A stretch of DNA of 64,000 nt from Octopus sinensis. Lineage: Eukaryota. Below, piece by piece: positions 63,953 through 64,000 of this stretch; the stretch's first letter is position 1; each line of letters begins with the position of its first letter. The notes beneath the pieces were generated by a model. That model was not told the origin of the DNA. It saw nothing but the letters and a program-made list of their open reading frames with translations, and did no database searches. The position numbers were made by a program, and so were the translations under genes. The stretch is from positions 86,552,001-86,616,000 of the forward strand of contig NC_043001.1 of assembly GCF_006345805.1 (NCBI RefSeq), in the 5' to 3' direction.

Positions 63953-64000
63953 GATGAATATGGAACAGCAGCTTATAAAACTGTTGAGCTAGATACTCTG
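63953..64000 (+). CDS. Gelsolin-like protein, coding exon 6, partial (DEYGTAAYKTVELDTL), runs off window
   Basis: ttttttag acceptor. DEYGTAAYKTVELD is the actin-binding helix of gelsolin domain 1. Confidence 0.95.

Overview
AT-rich, repeat-dense eukaryotic (animal) genomic DNA, not prokaryotic. The tRNA-derived SINE families, RTE LINEs and long (TA)n/(CA)n microsatellites are typical of Octopus/coleoid cephalopod genomes; this assignment is inferred from my recognition of the repeats, not from a search. The only host protein-coding gene I can support is the 5' part of a + strand invertebrate gelsolin-like (severin/EWAM-type) gene. I assembled six coding exons by hand with GT-AG sites and consistent phases (41480-41486, 55064-55144, 57069-57142, 59047-59121, 63056-63127, 63953-64000, continuing past the window end). 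They give MSGLVKAKNYRWKDSNLALFGSDLERQVKKESAQTEPAWEGAGSKVGVQVWRIVKFEVTHWPEEDYGSFYNGDSYIVLNTYTVDDSEDLKYDVHFWIGKDSSQDEYGTAAYKTVELDTL. Almost everything else is mobile DNA: a full-length IR/DR Tc1 (DD34E) element with an open 354-aa ORF in intron 1; RTE, CR1, R4/Dong and Penelope retroelement remnants; a decayed Helitron; a maT-like fragment; hAT, Merlin-like, piggyBac-like and pogo-like MITEs; dozens of SINEs; a tRNA-Leu(UAA) copy; and mini/microsatellites. The most interesting unannotated signals are (i) a Penelope 3' end carrying a tRNA-like Pol III promoter followed by a minimal hammerhead-ribozyme fold, with a second hammerhead-like motif in an unrelated element, (ii) the open-ORF Tc1, (iii) a Merlin-like MITE in a CpG-retaining putative promoter zone, and (iv) splice-signal-like tandem repeats in the gelsolin introns. 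Nearly all ORF-track entries are microsatellite or SINE artefacts. I cannot claim that any of this is a new biological system without the searches listed.
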